A stretch of DNA of 64,000 nucleotides, taken from IMG/VR virus record IMGVR_UViG_3300029605_000001. One strand, 5' to 3'. Below are positions 62,278-64,000 of this stretch, piece after piece (positions within the stretch are counted from its first letter, which is position 1; each line of letters begins with the position of its first letter). The position numbers and the translations under genes are program-made. The notes below the pieces were generated by a model. The model ran no database searches. It had not been told where the DNA came from and saw only the letters and a list, made by a program, of their open reading frames with translations. The stretch is from a virus (lineage: Duplodnaviria; Heunggongvirae; Uroviricota; Caudoviricetes).

Positions 62278-62522
62278 TTATTTTAAACTAAGAACTAATT
62301 TTGTATGAGTATTATATTTCATAGTAATGTCTAGGTCTTGTAGTACCTTATCTCTTATAAATGGTACTACAAAATTCTCTGAATATATGACTTTATATTT
62401 ATTTGGAATTAAATCTATCAAATCATCATACAATTATTTACTATATTTACAAAGAATAATTTGTCAATAATGGATTTTCTTAACCCATTTGTGTATACAT
62501 CATAATTTTTAATATCTTCCAT
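62278..62522 (-). pseudogene. Internally deleted gene, possibly a SAM-dependent methyltransferase remnant
   Basis: N-terminal piece MEDIKNYDVY...KSIIDKLFF is joined out of frame to a C-terminal piece ...VLQDLDITMKYNTHTKLVL*. Confidence 0.45.
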
Positions 62523-62537
62523 TTTATCTAATATAAT

Positions 62538-63317
62538 TTAATGAATCCAATAAGTAGGCAAAGGACCATTGTCATCTAAACATTCTTTATAGCTTTTTGG
62601 TAAGTCCTTTATTTTAAGAGTAATATTCTTATTCATATTAAATAAATAATCCTCTCCCTCAGTAGCTATAGTGTCCCCTTTAGACATAACTAACTCACCA
62701 TTAAAAATAAAATCTTTAGTGCATATTTTGTGTCTGGAGATATCAGCATCTAAAGTACATCTAGTACAAAAATATGATCCTGCTTTAACCATACATTTAT
62801 ATAAAATATCAGCTACCTCTTCTGCTATTTCCTCTGGAGCTTCACAATTAATTTCATCATATGGTATAATAGTTATTAATACTTTAAATAACCATCCTTT
62901 CTTTTTTAAAGTATTAAAGAACATAACTAAAGAAACCATACTACATAATGCCCCTGCATGTTGTATCGGATAATTAATAGACTGTCTATCAGAATCTGAT
63001 ATTCTAGTATAATACTCTTTTCTATTAACTACAGTATCACACTCTGGATTAGTCTCTTTCATTTCATTATAATATGCATTATATTCTGGAGAAGACAATT
63101 GATTACTAAATTCAGCTAAATAAGGGAAATCATATATAAAAGCCTTAAATCCAAATGTGGGACTTAAATCTATATATCCTTTTCTTTTCCAATCCATACG
63201 TCTATAGTCTTGATATTTCTTCAATCCATAAAAACCAGACATATATGAATTATAAATTTCTTTAGCTTTTTGTCTAGTTAATCCAAAATTACGCATAATA
63301 GTAAAATCATTTCCACC
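62538..63317 (-). CDS. polA: DNA polymerase family A, 3' exon
   Basis: Exon begins GGNDFTIMRN (second half of motif B YGG), then RQSINYPIQ and motif C PYDEINCE. Confidence 0.88.
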   Translation of the reverse strand, partial: GGNDFTIMRNFGLTRQKAKEIYNSYMSGFYGLKKYQDYRRMDWKRKGYIDLSPTFGFKAFIYDFPYLAEFSNQLSSPEYNAYYNEMKETNPECDTVVNRKEYYTRISDSDRQSINYPIQHAGALCSMVSLVMFFNTLKKKGWLFKVLITIIPYDEINCEAPEEIAEEVADILYKCMVKAGSYFCTRCTLDADISRHKICTKDFIFNGELVMSKGDTIATEGEDYLFNMNKNITLKIKDLPKSYKECLDDNGPLPTYWIH

Positions 63318-64000
63318 CGCTTGTATTAACTCCTGGCTCTTTATCCAAGACTCTATATATTACTATATAGGCTAGACTATATCATTACCATATTAAATAA
63401 AAAATATTTAACTTAGGTATTGGGCGCTCGTGTCAGTATTATATTCTATCTAAGATAGTTTCAACTGTTAGTCGTTGAACCTTCTAGAGTTGTTAAGCTC
63501 TAGCTTGGTTGCTGATTGTCCTTTACGTTCCAGCAGTTCACCCAATTTTCATCTACTGATTTCTCTAGTAGTGCTACAAAAATATCATATTTTCTAGTTA
63601 AATACACTGTAGAATTCTCATATAAAAACTTAAATAAATTAGTAATATTCTTCTTATTATAGATATGTATATTAGCAGCATTACATTCTTTGCGTTTTAT
63701 AATAGAGCATTGAACTTCATTTTTATTCAGTTCATTCTTTATTTTTTCTAAAAAGATTAAACTCCCAGATGTAATAGATGCTTCATATCTAGTTTTTTCA
63801 TGAGGGCTTCTAATGCAACCATCCCCATCAAAATACCCCCTAATAAAATCAGAAGTGTATTTTACATTAGGATCTAAAGTCAGAGATTTATTTGGAACTA
63901 TGTTTAATTCATTAATAAAATATTCACATAATTCCTTGCAACAAATACTGGCTTCTAAAATACCGTTTTGTTTTCTAGTATATAATTTAACTATATCGGA
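63318..64000 (-). mobile_element. Group I intron in polA (5' part outside window)
   Basis: On the - strand: P AACTGCTGGAA (63538-28), Q AATCAGCAAC (63517-08), R GTTCAACGACTAA (63480-68), S AATGATATAGTC (63386-75), P9 CTATATA-GTAA-TATATAG (63370-53), terminal G at 63318. Confidence 0.9.
63500..64000 (-). CDS. Intron-encoded LAGLIDADG homing endonuclease, 3' part
   Basis: IVPNKSLTL...DFIRGYFDGDGCI. Open from the window edge to TAG 63500, or to TGA 63461 if TAG is read through. Confidence 0.85.
   Translation of the reverse strand, partial: SDIVKLYTRKQNGILEASICCKELCEYFINELNIVPNKSLTLDPNVKYTSDFIRGYFDGDGCIRSPHEKTRYEASITSGSLIFLEKIKNELNKNEVQCSIIKRKECNAANIHIYNKKNITNLFKFLYENSTVYLTRKYDIFVALLEKSVDENWVNCWNVKDNQQPS

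Noticed and set aside
1..64000. CRISPR array, tRNA (including amber suppressor), rRNA or diversity-generating retroelement
   Set aside because: No repeat-spacer array, cloverleaf, reverse transcriptase motif or template/variable repeat pair recognised by eye. Intergenic space is minimal. A tRNAscan-SE run would be decisive.

Overview
This is a 64 kb segment of a crAss-like (Crassvirales-type) phage genome, probably with a Bacteroidetes host. It has two convergent arms meeting at twin terminators near 53.0 kb. The + arm (1-52984) is the virion/late module and uses a reassigned code with TAG read as a sense codon, almost certainly Gln (code 15). The short + ORFs in the supplied track are therefore fragments of about 20 much longer genes, rebuilt here by hand. 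These are the 3' exon of the major capsid protein (behind a group I intron), ring and tail proteins, a split muzzle/stabilisation protein, an intein-containing cargo protein, a DUF192 protein and four giant proteins. The giants carry SF1-helicase-like, virion RNA polymerase, zincin and PD-(D/E)xK-like domains. The - arm (53098-64000) holds early/replication genes readable in the standard code: PolA with a group I intron and LAGLIDADG endonuclease, ThyX, UDG, a metallophosphoesterase, many small ORFs and several deletion scars. Three observations stand out. (1) A CUG-UAA-CUG stop-hop signature with an abutting hairpin sits inside the catalytic motif of the metallophosphoesterase. (2) Paired terminal cysteines occur at every junction of the four giant proteins. 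(3) A recurrent [FYH][KQR]xGG motif runs across the cargo proteins. Long frames were checked by frame arithmetic and spot reading, not computed. Family names come from motif recognition, not database searches.
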